DNA of 64,000 nucleotides from an uncultured candidatus Porisulfidus sp. (GTDB lineage Bacteria; Pseudomonadota; Gammaproteobacteria; Poriferisulfidales; Poriferisulfidaceae): NCBI GenBank assembly GCA_965204575.1, contig OZ241993.1, positions 1,040,586 to 1,104,585 of the forward strand, read 5' to 3'. Shown piece by piece: positions 47,245 to 54,737 of this stretch (position 1 is its first letter; each line of letters starts with the position of its first letter). The notes under the pieces were generated by a model. It saw only the letters and a program-made list of their open reading frames with translations, ran no database searches and was not told where the DNA came from. The position numbers and the translations under genes were made by a program.

Positions 47245-47592
47245 CTACCGCTCCAGCGCCTGCGCCCAGGCCGTCTCGTCGAAGCCGACGCTCAACGTGC
47301 CTTCGGCATCGAGAAGCGGACGCTTCAGCAGGGTGGGGTGGGCGAGGAGCAACTCGACGGCAGTCGCGTCGGTCAGCCCGCTGCGTTCGTCTTCCGGCAG
47401 TCGTCGCCAGGTCGTGGAGCGGCGGTTCAGCAACGTGTCCATCCCAAGCCGGGCGGCCCAGTCTTCCAGTTGGGTGCGCGTCAGCCCGTCGGCGCGGGTG
47501 TCGTGGAAGCGGTAATCAATGGCCTGGCGTTCCAGCCACCGGCGTGCAGCCCGGACCCGGTCGCAGTTGGGGATGCCATAGACGGTCACCAT
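47245..47592 (-). CDS. ArsC/Spx-family protein (YffB-like)
   Basis: MVTVYGIPNCDRVRAARRWLE...LLKRPLL. 115 aa. The yffB-dapE adjacency matches E. coli. Confidence 0.85.
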   Translation of the reverse strand: MVTVYGIPNCDRVRAARRWLERQAIDYRFHDTRADGLTRTQLEDWAARLGMDTLLNRRSTTWRRLPEDERSGLTDATAVELLLAHPTLLKRPLLDAEGTLSVGFDETAWAQALER

Positions 47593-47594
47593 GG

Positions 47595-48422
47595 TCAACT
47601 GTCGGCCGCTTCGCGCAGGAGCGCGTTGATGCCGACCTTGCTGCGGGTCTTCTGGTCGACCTGCTTGACGATCACCGCGCAGGCCAGGCTGTACTTTCCG
47701 TCGGAAGCGGGCAGCGAGCCGGGGACGACCACGGCGCCGGCCGGGACCCGGCCGTAGGAGACCTCGTCGCGTGCGCGATCGTAAATCCGGGTGCTCTGGC
47801 CGATGAACACGCCCATGGAGATGACCGCGCCGCGTTCGACGATTACGCCTTCCACGATTTCCGAGCGTGCGCCGATGAAGCAGCCGTCCTCGATGATGGT
47901 GGGGGCGGCCTGCAGCGGTTCCAGCACGCCGCCGATGCCGACGCCGCCGGAGAGATGGACGTTCTTGCCGACCTGGGCGCAGGAACCGACCGTCGCCCAG
48001 GTGTCCACCATGGTTCCGGAGTCGACGTAGGCCCCGATGTTCACGAAACTCGGCATCAGCACCACGCCGGGCGCGATGAAGCTGCCGAAGCGCGCGGTCG
48101 CGGGCGGCACGATGCGGACTCCGCCGCTGTCCAGTTCCTTTTCGCTGCCCAGGGCGAAGCGGCCGGCCACCTTGTCGCGGTAGCGGGTGTGCCCGCCATC
48201 GATGACCTCGTTGTCGGTGATGCGGAACGAAAGCAGCACGGCCTTCTTGAGCCACTCGTTGACGACCCAGCCGCCGCCGGCGGGCTCGGCGACCCTCAGG
48301 CGGCCGTCGTTGAGGTCCTGCAGGGCTTCCCGCACGGCGTCGCGAACGGGCTCGGGGGCGGAGTCCGGGGTCAGTTGCGCGCGTTCCTCGAACGCCTGCT
48401 CGATGGTGGACTGGAGGCTCAT
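47595..48422 (-). CDS. dapD: Tetrahydrodipicolinate N-succinyltransferase
   Basis: 275 aa. Left-handed beta-helix hexapeptide repeats and the GGVLEP motif. Confidence 0.95.
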   Translation of the reverse strand: MSLQSTIEQAFEERAQLTPDSAPEPVRDAVREALQDLNDGRLRVAEPAGGGWVVNEWLKKAVLLSFRITDNEVIDGGHTRYRDKVAGRFALGSEKELDSGGVRIVPPATARFGSFIAPGVVLMPSFVNIGAYVDSGTMVDTWATVGSCAQVGKNVHLSGGVGIGGVLEPLQAAPTIIEDGCFIGARSEIVEGVIVERGAVISMGVFIGQSTRIYDRARDEVSYGRVPAGAVVVPGSLPASDGKYSLACAVIVKQVDQKTRSKVGINALLREAADS

Positions 48423-48611
48423 GAGAGAGGCCCGGCTGAAAGCATGGCGCGTATGTTAACAGGAAGGTCGCGAGAGGCGGGGGCGGGCGGGCCGGCGACC
48501 GATGATTTTTCACCGTTGCGGCCGGCGCGTCCGCCGCGCTTGGAGTGGCGCACACCCGCGCAGGGACAGCGGCACGGCATGTTGTATACTTAGGCGAAAC
48601 CACAATGGTAG

Positions 48612-48631
48612 CCCCCCCCCCCCCCCCCCCC
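48612..48631. repeat. Homopolymeric C tract, 20 nt
   Basis: Counted directly: g + 20 c + tag. Intergenic, 190 nt upstream of the dapD start (opposite strand) and about 170 nt upstream of the secB-like promoter. Confidence 0.95.
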
Positions 48632-48797
48632 TAGAAAGAGTCTTCCCCCGCGCCTCCGCGGCGGGCATCGGGAACGTCCGCGGCACCGCCCCGCGCAGGG
48701 CTGGCCGCGCGAGACGGCGGTCGGGCACGTGGCGCGGCCATCGCCAGGCAGGGCGCGTTCTTTCATGCCGGCCTCAAGCGCCTGCCCAGACCGGGGT

Positions 48798-48826
48798 TTG
48801 ATAAAGAAAAAACTATTTGTTAAAAT
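48798..48826 (+). promoter_or_regulatory. Near-consensus sigma70-type promoter upstream of the secB-like gene
   Basis: TTGATA, a 17-nt spacer, then TAAAAT. It sits in an AT-rich patch within otherwise GC-rich DNA. Confidence 0.5.
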
Positions 48827-48862
48827 CCTGCCCATCATCGGGAAGTGGTATTTGCATCTTTA

Positions 48863-49285
48863 ATGGAACCTAACATCGTTATGCATGGCCGATACATACG
48901 GGATCTATCCTTCGAGAATTTCGGTGCGCCGGCCTTGCCGGGGGACGCCGCCCCCGTCTTCGACATCGACGTCGGGGTGGAGAGCAGGCGGGCCCGGGAC
49001 ATGCACGAGGTGATGCTGTTCGTCCAGGTCACCGCCCGGCGCGAGGAGCAGATCGCGTTCCTGATCGAGTTGAACTACGCCGGCCTGTTCCAGGTCCAGG
49101 ACCTGGACGAGCGGGAGACGCGGCGTTTCCTCCACACCGAGGCGCCGCGCATGCTGTTTCCGTTCGTCGACCGGATCTGCGCGGACGCGACCCGGGACGG
49201 CGGCCTGCCGCCGCTGGCCCTGACGACCCCGGACTTCGCCCTGCTGTACCGGGAACGCGAGGAGAAACCCGCCGCCATCGACTGA
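48863..49285 (+). CDS. secB: SecB-like export chaperone
   Basis: YIRDLSFENFGAP, EVMLFVQVTA, AFLIELNYAGLFQV and APRMLFPFVDRICADATRDGGLPPLALTTPDFALLY parallel E. coli SecB segments. The start is uncertain (GTG 48845, ATG 48863 or ATG 48881). Confidence 0.85.
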   Translation: MEPNIVMHGRYIRDLSFENFGAPALPGDAAPVFDIDVGVESRRARDMHEVMLFVQVTARREEQIAFLIELNYAGLFQVQDLDERETRRFLHTEAPRMLFPFVDRICADATRDGGLPPLALTTPDFALLYREREEKPAAID

Positions 49286-49314
49286 CTACTGAGCCTGTGT
49301 GGAAGCTCAGCCAC

Positions 49315-50727
49315 ATGCAAGAATCCCCCCCCCCCCCCTCAAACCATAACCGGCCTGAACTAGGGCCCGGCGCGGCCCGCGCGCCGGTCCTGCGCCGTCG
49401 CCGTCGCGACGGGTGGCTGCCGCCGGAGAAACGCCGTGCGCGTTCCAGGACGCGGGTGCGCCGGCAGGTGGCGGTCAACGTGCTGGGGGTGTGCTCCATG
49501 CTTTCGCACTCGGTGGCGCCGTACCTGGCGGCGGTCGCCGCGAAAAGCACCACCGCGGTCGGCGCGGTCGGCACGTTCGCCGCCCTGGCGCCCGACGAGG
49601 CGGCGGCGCAAAACCCGGGCCCGGCGGGAGCCAAGGGCGACAAGGGCGACAAGGGCCAGGTGGGCATTCCTGGACGACCGGGCGACAAGGGCGAGGAGAT
49701 GGGCGCACCCCCCGGTGAGAAGGGCGCAACAGGCGTAAAGGGCTCGCCCGGCGGAGAAGGTCAGAAGGGCGATCAGGGACGGCCGGGCAATCGAGGCAGC
49801 CGAGGCATACCGGGCGAAGAGGGGGCGAAGGGCGTGCTGGGATTCAAAGGCCTTCCGGGAGGCGCTGGCGATCAGGGCTCGAAGGGCCCGAGGGGCGATC
49901 CAGGTCCGCAGGGCTCGGCGGGTGTCAAGGGCGATACGGGCCAGAAGGGCGACCCGAAGGCGATCGGTGCCAAGGGCGATACAGGCGAGGCGGGCGCACC
50001 GGGTGCACCGGGCACGCCGGGCGCGCAGGGTTCGCAGGGCGCACAGGGCGCACAGGGCGCGCCGGGCGCACCGGGCGCATCGGGCACGCCGGGCGCCAAA
50101 GGGGAGGCAGGCGCGGGCGGCTTCGATTTTTCCGAGCAGGGGAAGGCGCGGGTCCGGGAGAAGGCCCGGGCCCTGCGGGAATCGGAGAACCCGGCCGACC
50201 AGCGGATCGGTCGGCTGCTGGAAGGCATCCTGGACGAGCTGGCGCCGGCCGCGGGGGGACAGCTGCAGTCGCTGCAGTCCGCCGGCGGGCGGGCGCTGCA
50301 GACCGAGGAGCCGGCGAGTGACAGCCTGACCCTGCTGCGGTATGCCTCCCGCTCCGACACGCCCCGGGCGGAGCAGGCCGGGGCGCTGATGGGCAGCATC
50401 TTCCTGAACCAGCGGGACATCGCCGAGAATCGCCAGAACATCGAGAAGAACCGGCAGGACATCGCCGGGCTGCGGGACGAGGACTACAGGCTGCGCAACC
50501 GCTCGCGCGAGGGGACCGCCCTGGCCATCGCGCTCGGCGGCATCCACTTCCCGCTGGACAAGGACCGGTCCGTCTCGCTGCGCTTCGGGCGCTTCGAGGG
50601 CGAGGAGGCGCTGGCGCTGGGCGCGTCCTTCCGCCTGCGGGAGAACTGGCAGATCGATTTTGGCATGGGCCGGGGGCTGAGCTACCGGCAGAACGGCTAT
50701 TCCGCCGGGCTGAGCTACAGCCGGTAG
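49315..50727 (+). CDS. Collagen-like trimeric autotransporter adhesin paralog 1 (leader, G-X-Y stalk, coiled-coil neck, YadA-type anchor)
   Basis: Arg-rich and hydrophobic leader ending [11 protein letters not shown]. About 55 G-X-Y triplets. [23 protein letters not shown] coiled coil. [11 protein letters not shown] followed by four short beta-strand-like segments ending [10 protein letters not shown]. Alternative starts are GTG 49297, GTG 49456 and ATG 49498. Confidence 0.8.
   Translation: MQESPPPPSNHNRPELGPGAARAPVLRRRRRDGWLPPEKRRARSRTRVRRQVAVNVLGVCSMLSHSVAPYLAAVAAKSTTAVGAVGTFAALAPDEAAAQNPGPAGAKGDKGDKGQVGIPGRPGDKGEEMGAPPGEKGATGVKGSPGGEGQKGDQGRPGNRGSRGIPGEEGAKGVLGFKGLPGGAGDQGSKGPRGDPGPQGSAGVKGDTGQKGDPKAIGAKGDTGEAGAPGAPGTPGAQGSQGAQGAQGAPGAPGASGTPGAKGEAGAGGFDFSEQGKARVREKARALRESENPADQRIGRLLEGILDELAPAAGGQLQSLQSAGGRALQTEEPASDSLTLLRYASRSDTPRAEQAGALMGSIFLNQRDIAENRQNIEKNRQDIAGLRDEDYRLRNRSREGTALAIALGGIHFPLDKDRSVSLRFGRFEGEEALALGASFRLRENWQIDFGMGRGLSYRQNGYSAGLSYSR
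49325..49338 (+). repeat. Homopolymeric C tract, 14 nt, at the 5' end of the first collagen-like gene
   Basis: Counted directly. It lies 10 nt after the ATG at 49315, read as SPPPPS, and 118 nt before the alternative GTG start at 49456. Confidence 0.95.
49618..50121 (+). repeat. Collagen G-X-Y triplet region of paralog 1 (about 168 aa)
   Basis: [47 protein letters not shown] counted 14 G-X-K triplets, 15 Pro in Y against 3 in X, and two interruptions (GEEMGAPPG and GDPKAIGAK). Confidence 0.9.
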
Positions 50728-50764
50728 GCGGCCCCTGAGACTGAACCACGAGGAGGTGAGGAAG

Positions 50765-52189
50765 ATGAGCAGCGAGGAGAAGAGGCGGCCGGATTCGGAA
50801 GACGGGCTTCCGCCCGAGTCGAGGGAGGCCGCGGGGCGCGCGCCGGTCCTGCGCCGTCGCCGTCGCGACGGGTGGCTGCCGCCGGAGAAGCGCCGTGCGC
50901 GCTCCGGGACGCGGGTGCGCCGGCAGGTGGCGGTCAACGTGCTGGGGGTGTGCTCCATGCTTTCGCACTCGGTGGCGCCGTACCTGACGGCGGTCGCCGC
51001 GAAAAGCACGACCGCGGTCGGCGCGGTCGGCACGTTCGCCGCCCTGGCGCCCGACAAGGCGGCGGCGCAGGACCCGGGCCCGCCGGGCCAGAAGGGCGAA
51101 AAGGGCGACGCGGGCGTACAGGGCGCGCCGGGTTCGCAGGGCGCGCCGGGTGGCGAAAAGGGCGGCCGGGGCGACATGGGCCAGAAGGGCGAGCCGGGTG
51201 ATCCGGGCGCCACGGGCGAGAAGGGTTCGCAGGGCTCACCCGGCAGGCGTGGCATCACCGGCAACAAGGGCGAGGAGGGTGATCCGGGCGCGACAGGTAG
51301 TCAGGGTCAGAAGGGCGTTTTCGGCGAGCCGGGTGATCCGGGTCCGCAGGGCGCGGCAGGTGATCCGGGTCAGAAGGGCGCGATGGGTCAGAAGGGCGAG
51401 GCCGGCGGCCCGCCGGGCCAGAAGGGCCAAAAGGGGACAGCCGGCACAGCCGGCCCGTCGGGCGCCGCCGGTGCGCCGGGCGCAGCCGGTGCGCCGGGCG
51501 CCGCCGGTGCGCCGGGCGCTGCCGGTGCATCGGGCGCCGCCGGTGCGCCGGGCGAGAAAGGCGATGCGGGCGCGGGCGGCCTTGACTTCTCCGAGGAGGG
51601 GAAGGCGCGGATCCGGACCACGGCCCAGATCCTGCAGAAATCGGAGAATCCCGCCGACCGGCAGATCGGGGAGCTGCTCGAGGAGGTCCTGGACGAACTG
51701 GCGCCGGCCGCCGAGGGACAGCTGCAGTCGCTGCAGTCGGCCGGCGGGCAGGCGCTGCAGGCCGGGGAGGAGCCGACGGGCGACAGCCTGGCCCTGCTGC
51801 GCTACGCCGCCCGCTCCGACGTCACCGGGGCGGAGCAGGCCGGGGCGCTGGTGGGCAGCGTGCTCCTGAACCAGCGGGACATCGCCGAGAATCGCCAGAA
51901 CATCGAGAAGAACCGGCAGGACATCGCCGGGCTGCGGCACCAGTACCGCGACCTGCGCGACCGCTCGCGCGAGGGGACCGCCCTGGCCATCGCGCTCGGC
52001 GGCCTGCGCGTCCCGGTGGCCCGGGACTGGGCCGTGTCGCTGCGCTTCGGGCGCTTCGAGGGCGAGGAGGCGGTCGCGCTGGGCGCGGCCTTCCGCCTGA
52101 AGGAGGGCTGGCAGGTCGATTTCGCGCTGGGCCAGGGCCTGAGTTACTCGCAGAACGGCTATGCCGGTGGCGTGAGCTACAGCTGGTAG
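50765..52189 (+). CDS. Collagen-like trimeric autotransporter adhesin paralog 2
   Basis: AGGAGG lies 8 nt upstream of the ATG at 50765. Same architecture as paralog 1. The anchor ends [10 protein letters not shown], a terminal aromatic as expected for an outer-membrane beta-barrel signal. Confidence 0.85.
   Translation: MSSEEKRRPDSEDGLPPESREAAGRAPVLRRRRRDGWLPPEKRRARSGTRVRRQVAVNVLGVCSMLSHSVAPYLTAVAAKSTTAVGAVGTFAALAPDKAAAQDPGPPGQKGEKGDAGVQGAPGSQGAPGGEKGGRGDMGQKGEPGDPGATGEKGSQGSPGRRGITGNKGEEGDPGATGSQGQKGVFGEPGDPGPQGAAGDPGQKGAMGQKGEAGGPPGQKGQKGTAGTAGPSGAAGAPGAAGAPGAAGAPGAAGASGAAGAPGEKGDAGAGGLDFSEEGKARIRTTAQILQKSENPADRQIGELLEEVLDELAPAAEGQLQSLQSAGGQALQAGEEPTGDSLALLRYAARSDVTGAEQAGALVGSVLLNQRDIAENRQNIEKNRQDIAGLRHQYRDLRDRSREGTALAIALGGLRVPVARDWAVSLRFGRFEGEEAVALGAAFRLKEGWQVDFALGQGLSYSQNGYAGGVSYSW
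51077..51580 (+). repeat. Collagen G-X-Y triplet region of paralog 2 (about 168 aa)
   Basis: [19 protein letters not shown]...[17 protein letters not shown] counted 12 G-X-K triplets, 15 Pro in Y against 4 in X, and two one-residue interruptions (GAPGGEKGG and GEAGGPPG). Confidence 0.9.
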
Positions 52190-52199
52190 CCCGGTCGCG

Positions 52200-52832
52200 A
52201 TGGCGGTGCGGCGGCGGGCGGCGGAGGCGGCGATGCGGCACTTGCTGACGTACGAGGGGGCACGGGCGGACGGCTGCTGGCGGGAGGTCGCCCCGGACAT
52301 CCTGACCTTCCCGTTCTGGACCCCGGACTTCTGCGAGGAACTGGTGGCGGTGTCCGAGCTGCTCGACGAGTTCCGCCCGTACGCCCCCGACGTGGAGGGC
52401 AACGCCGCGCCGGGGCAGGAACTGCGGATCAACCGGATCAGCCCGCGCTTCGCGGAACAGTTCGAGACGCATTTCCAGGAGCGCGCGGCGCCGATCCTCC
52501 GCGTGCACTGGTGGCCGCTGAACCTGGGCAAGACGCGCATGCCCTTCGTGCTGCGCTACTCCGCCGACACGCAGGCCTCCCTCGACCCGCACCACGACGC
52601 CGCCATGGTGAGCCTGGCGATGCCGCTCAACGCCGGCTACGAGGGCGGGCACCTGACCTTCCCGCGCCAGCACTGGGACAGCCGCGAGGTCGAGGTCGGG
52701 CACGTGATCGCCTTTCCGAGCCGGGTCACCCACGTGCACTGGGTCACGCCGGTGACCTCCGGGACCCGCTACGCGATGACCTGCTGGCTGTCCGACCCGA
52801 ACGCCCAGCCCGACGATGCCATTCTCGCGTGA
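52200..52832 (+). CDS. 2OG-Fe(II) dioxygenase resembling the C-terminal lysyl-hydroxylase domain of animal PLOD/LH enzymes
   Basis: DILTFPFWTPDFCEELV, FVLRYSADTQASLDPHHDAAMVSL, GYEGGHLTF and AFPSRVTHVHWVTPVTSGTRYAMTCW parallel human PLOD1 [50 protein letters not shown] and [26 protein letters not shown] (recalled). HxD...H triad and 2OG-binding Arg are present. No signal peptide. Confidence 0.8.
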   Translation: MAVRRRAAEAAMRHLLTYEGARADGCWREVAPDILTFPFWTPDFCEELVAVSELLDEFRPYAPDVEGNAAPGQELRINRISPRFAEQFETHFQERAAPILRVHWWPLNLGKTRMPFVLRYSADTQASLDPHHDAAMVSLAMPLNAGYEGGHLTFPRQHWDSREVEVGHVIAFPSRVTHVHWVTPVTSGTRYAMTCWLSDPNAQPDDAILA

Positions 52833-54267
52833 GGAGCCGGCGGACGTCCCCGCCGTCCTTGTCGTCCACCTCGCGCGCCACCGGGAACGCCGCCGCCGCC
52901 TGTCCGCCCTGCTGAAGCGGCACGGGTTCGCGCACGTGAACTGGCTCGACGCGGTGGACGGCCGGGAGCTGGACCCCGCGCCGCCGTGGCGGGGCGCCGG
53001 CCTGCCGCCGGCCAACGCCTGGCCGAACTGGGCGGATCCGTACGCCCGCCGCGCCCTGACCCTGGGCGAGGTTGCCTGTACCCTGTCGCACGTGGCCGCC
53101 TGGCGGCGCATCGCGGACGAGGGCTACCCCGCCATCGTGCTGGAGGACGATGCGCTCCCGGTGGAGCCGCTGATCCGGGACCTGCCGGACCTGCTGGCGG
53201 ACCTCGATCACTTCGACTTCGACCTGTGCTACCTCGCCCAGCGCAACGCGCCGGGGCCGAAGGCGCTGATGGGCCGGCACGTGCACCTGGTCGACTACCA
53301 CCCGGTGTGGACGCTGGCCTACCTGCTGGCGCCGTCCGGCGCGGAGAAGCTGCTCGCCAGCCCCTGGCAGAGCCGGCTGGTCCCGGCCGACGAACTCCTG
53401 CCCGCCGCGTTCGGCCGGAACCGGGACCCGGAGATCAACCGGGCCTACGTCGGCGACGGCGGCATGGTGCTGTCCAGCAACCAGCGCTTCTTCACCCCGG
53501 CCGAGGGTTCGGAGAGCAGCGAGACCGAGAAGAGCCGGCCGGTGCGGGAGCCGGAATGCGGCCTGACGGGCCTGACCGTGGCGACCGAACGCCGCCCGGA
53601 ACTGCAGCGCCTGCAGGAGTCCGGCCTGCGCTACGGCCTGGAGATCGAGGCCCTGGGGCTGGGCCAGCCCTGGCGCGGCGGCGAGATGTCCGAGGGCACC
53701 GGCGGGGGACAGAAGATCAACCTGCTGCGCCCCGCCCTGCAGCGGCTGCCGCCGGAGCGGCCGGTGCTGTTCGTGGACGGCTACGACACCCTGATCTCCG
53801 GGCATGTCTCGGACATCCTGGGCGCCTGGCGGCAGACCTGCGACGGCCCGCTGTTCGCCGCCGAGGTCTACTGCTGGCCGGATCGCGACCGGGCCGACGA
53901 CTACCCTTCCGCGGCGACCCCCTACCGCTTCCTGAACTCCGGCGCCTTCATCGGCAAGGCCGGGGACCTGCTGCGCATCCTGGACGGGAAGATCGACGAC
54001 CGCGCGGACGACCAGCGCTACTACACCGAGCGCTTCCTGTCCGGCCGGCACGGCATGACGCTGGACACCGAGTGCCGGGTCTTCCAGTGCCTCAACGGCG
54101 CCCTGGACGACGTGCGGGCGGACGAGGGGCGGGGCATGCTGTTCAACCGGCGCACCGAGAACTGGCCGGCGGTGATCCACGCGAACGGCCCAAGCAAGGA
54201 GTGGCTGGAGAAGGACGGCCGGCCCGTGGGCGGCCGCTGGCGCCGCTACTACGGGGAGATGATTTGA
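52816..54267 (+). CDS. Two-domain glycosyltransferase: N-terminal GT25 (COLGALT-like) fused to a PLOD N-terminal-type glycosyltransferase domain
   Basis: aa 12-215: DAVDGREL, DPYARRALTLGEVACTLSH, IVLEDDA and VWTLAYLLAPSGAEKLLASPWQSRLVPADELLPAAF parallel COLGALT1. aa 250-483: LTVATERRPELQRL, LGLGQPWRGGEMSEGTGGGQKINLL, VLFVDGYDTLI, RFLNSGAFIG, RVFQCLNGALDDV and VIHANGPSK parallel the PLOD GT domain (FVDSYDV, RFLNSGGFIG, IFQNLNGALDEV, VVHGNGPTK). No signal peptide. Confidence 0.8.
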   Translation: MPFSREEPADVPAVLVVHLARHRERRRRLSALLKRHGFAHVNWLDAVDGRELDPAPPWRGAGLPPANAWPNWADPYARRALTLGEVACTLSHVAAWRRIADEGYPAIVLEDDALPVEPLIRDLPDLLADLDHFDFDLCYLAQRNAPGPKALMGRHVHLVDYHPVWTLAYLLAPSGAEKLLASPWQSRLVPADELLPAAFGRNRDPEINRAYVGDGGMVLSSNQRFFTPAEGSESSETEKSRPVREPECGLTGLTVATERRPELQRLQESGLRYGLEIEALGLGQPWRGGEMSEGTGGGQKINLLRPALQRLPPERPVLFVDGYDTLISGHVSDILGAWRQTCDGPLFAAEVYCWPDRDRADDYPSAATPYRFLNSGAFIGKAGDLLRILDGKIDDRADDQRYYTERFLSGRHGMTLDTECRVFQCLNGALDDVRADEGRGMLFNRRTENWPAVIHANGPSKEWLEKDGRPVGGRWRRYYGEMI

Positions 54268-54286
54268 ATCTCTGGTTGAGGTAACG

Positions 54287-54709
54287 ATGAGCAAAAGAAT
54301 TTCAGCACTGGTCATCCTTGTCGCGCTGTCCCTGCCGCTGACCGCGCAGGCGCACGACAACCTCTTCAATCCGGGGCACCAGCACGGGCTTGAGGTCGAT
54401 GCCATTTCCGAGCGCAACAGAGGGTCTTTCTGCATCGTGTTCAAGGAATCTTCGGTCGAGTGTCCAGAGAAGTACAACAGCCTCAGAGGGTGCGCGTACA
54501 AGTGCCTGTACCGGGTATGGGCGGACTGGTCGGACGACCGGGGGAGTGGCCGCGAGGTCGATCATAACTGGAGCCGCTGCCATATTGCAGGCAGTCACAA
54601 CCCGGCGCTTGCGGCGGCGGAAGTCCGCATCACCAAGCCGCACTGGGCGACCGGGGCCTGGGGCGCGTATGTCCGCGCCGGGGATGACGGAGAAAAGATC
54701 GTGAGGTGA
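54287..54709 (+). CDS. Secreted protein of unknown function
   Basis: Signal peptide MSKRISALVILVALSLPLTAQA|HD. Several Cys. No recognisable family. Confidence 0.5.
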   Translation: MSKRISALVILVALSLPLTAQAHDNLFNPGHQHGLEVDAISERNRGSFCIVFKESSVECPEKYNSLRGCAYKCLYRVWADWSDDRGSGREVDHNWSRCHIAGSHNPALAAAEVRITKPHWATGAWGAYVRAGDDGEKIVR

Positions 54710-54737
54710 GACTGATGAACCCAAACAGGAGAAAATC

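Noticed and set aside
47245-48603. A 452-aa ORF spanning the dapD region
   Set aside because: Only the last 115 codons (47245-47592) form a recognisable ArsC-family protein. The remainder overlaps dapD out of frame.
48845-49285. The SecB-like gene as the chaperone of a toxin-antitoxin-chaperone (TAC) module
   Set aside because: No HigBA- or MqsRA-type pair is adjacent. Its neighbours are dapD and the collagen-like adhesin genes.
49880-51180. RGD tripeptides in both collagen domains (GPRGDPG and GGRGDMG) as integrin-binding motifs
   Set aside because: R and D are frequent in X and Y positions, so R-G-D is expected by chance in G-X-Y repeats. Nothing else supports a eukaryotic-host function.
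49360-51267. A 635-aa antisense ORF across both collagen-like genes, plus many overlapping Arg/Pro-rich ORFs
   Set aside because: This is a mirror image of the GGN-CCN-rich G-X-Y coding repeats. Only the plus-strand frame gives a coherent leader, collagen region and anchor architecture.
49618-51580. Periodic 9-nt repeats considered as a CRISPR array or noncoding satellite
   Set aside because: There is no repeat-spacer structure. The periodicity is the triplet Gly codon pattern of an open reading frame. I saw no CRISPR array anywhere in the window.
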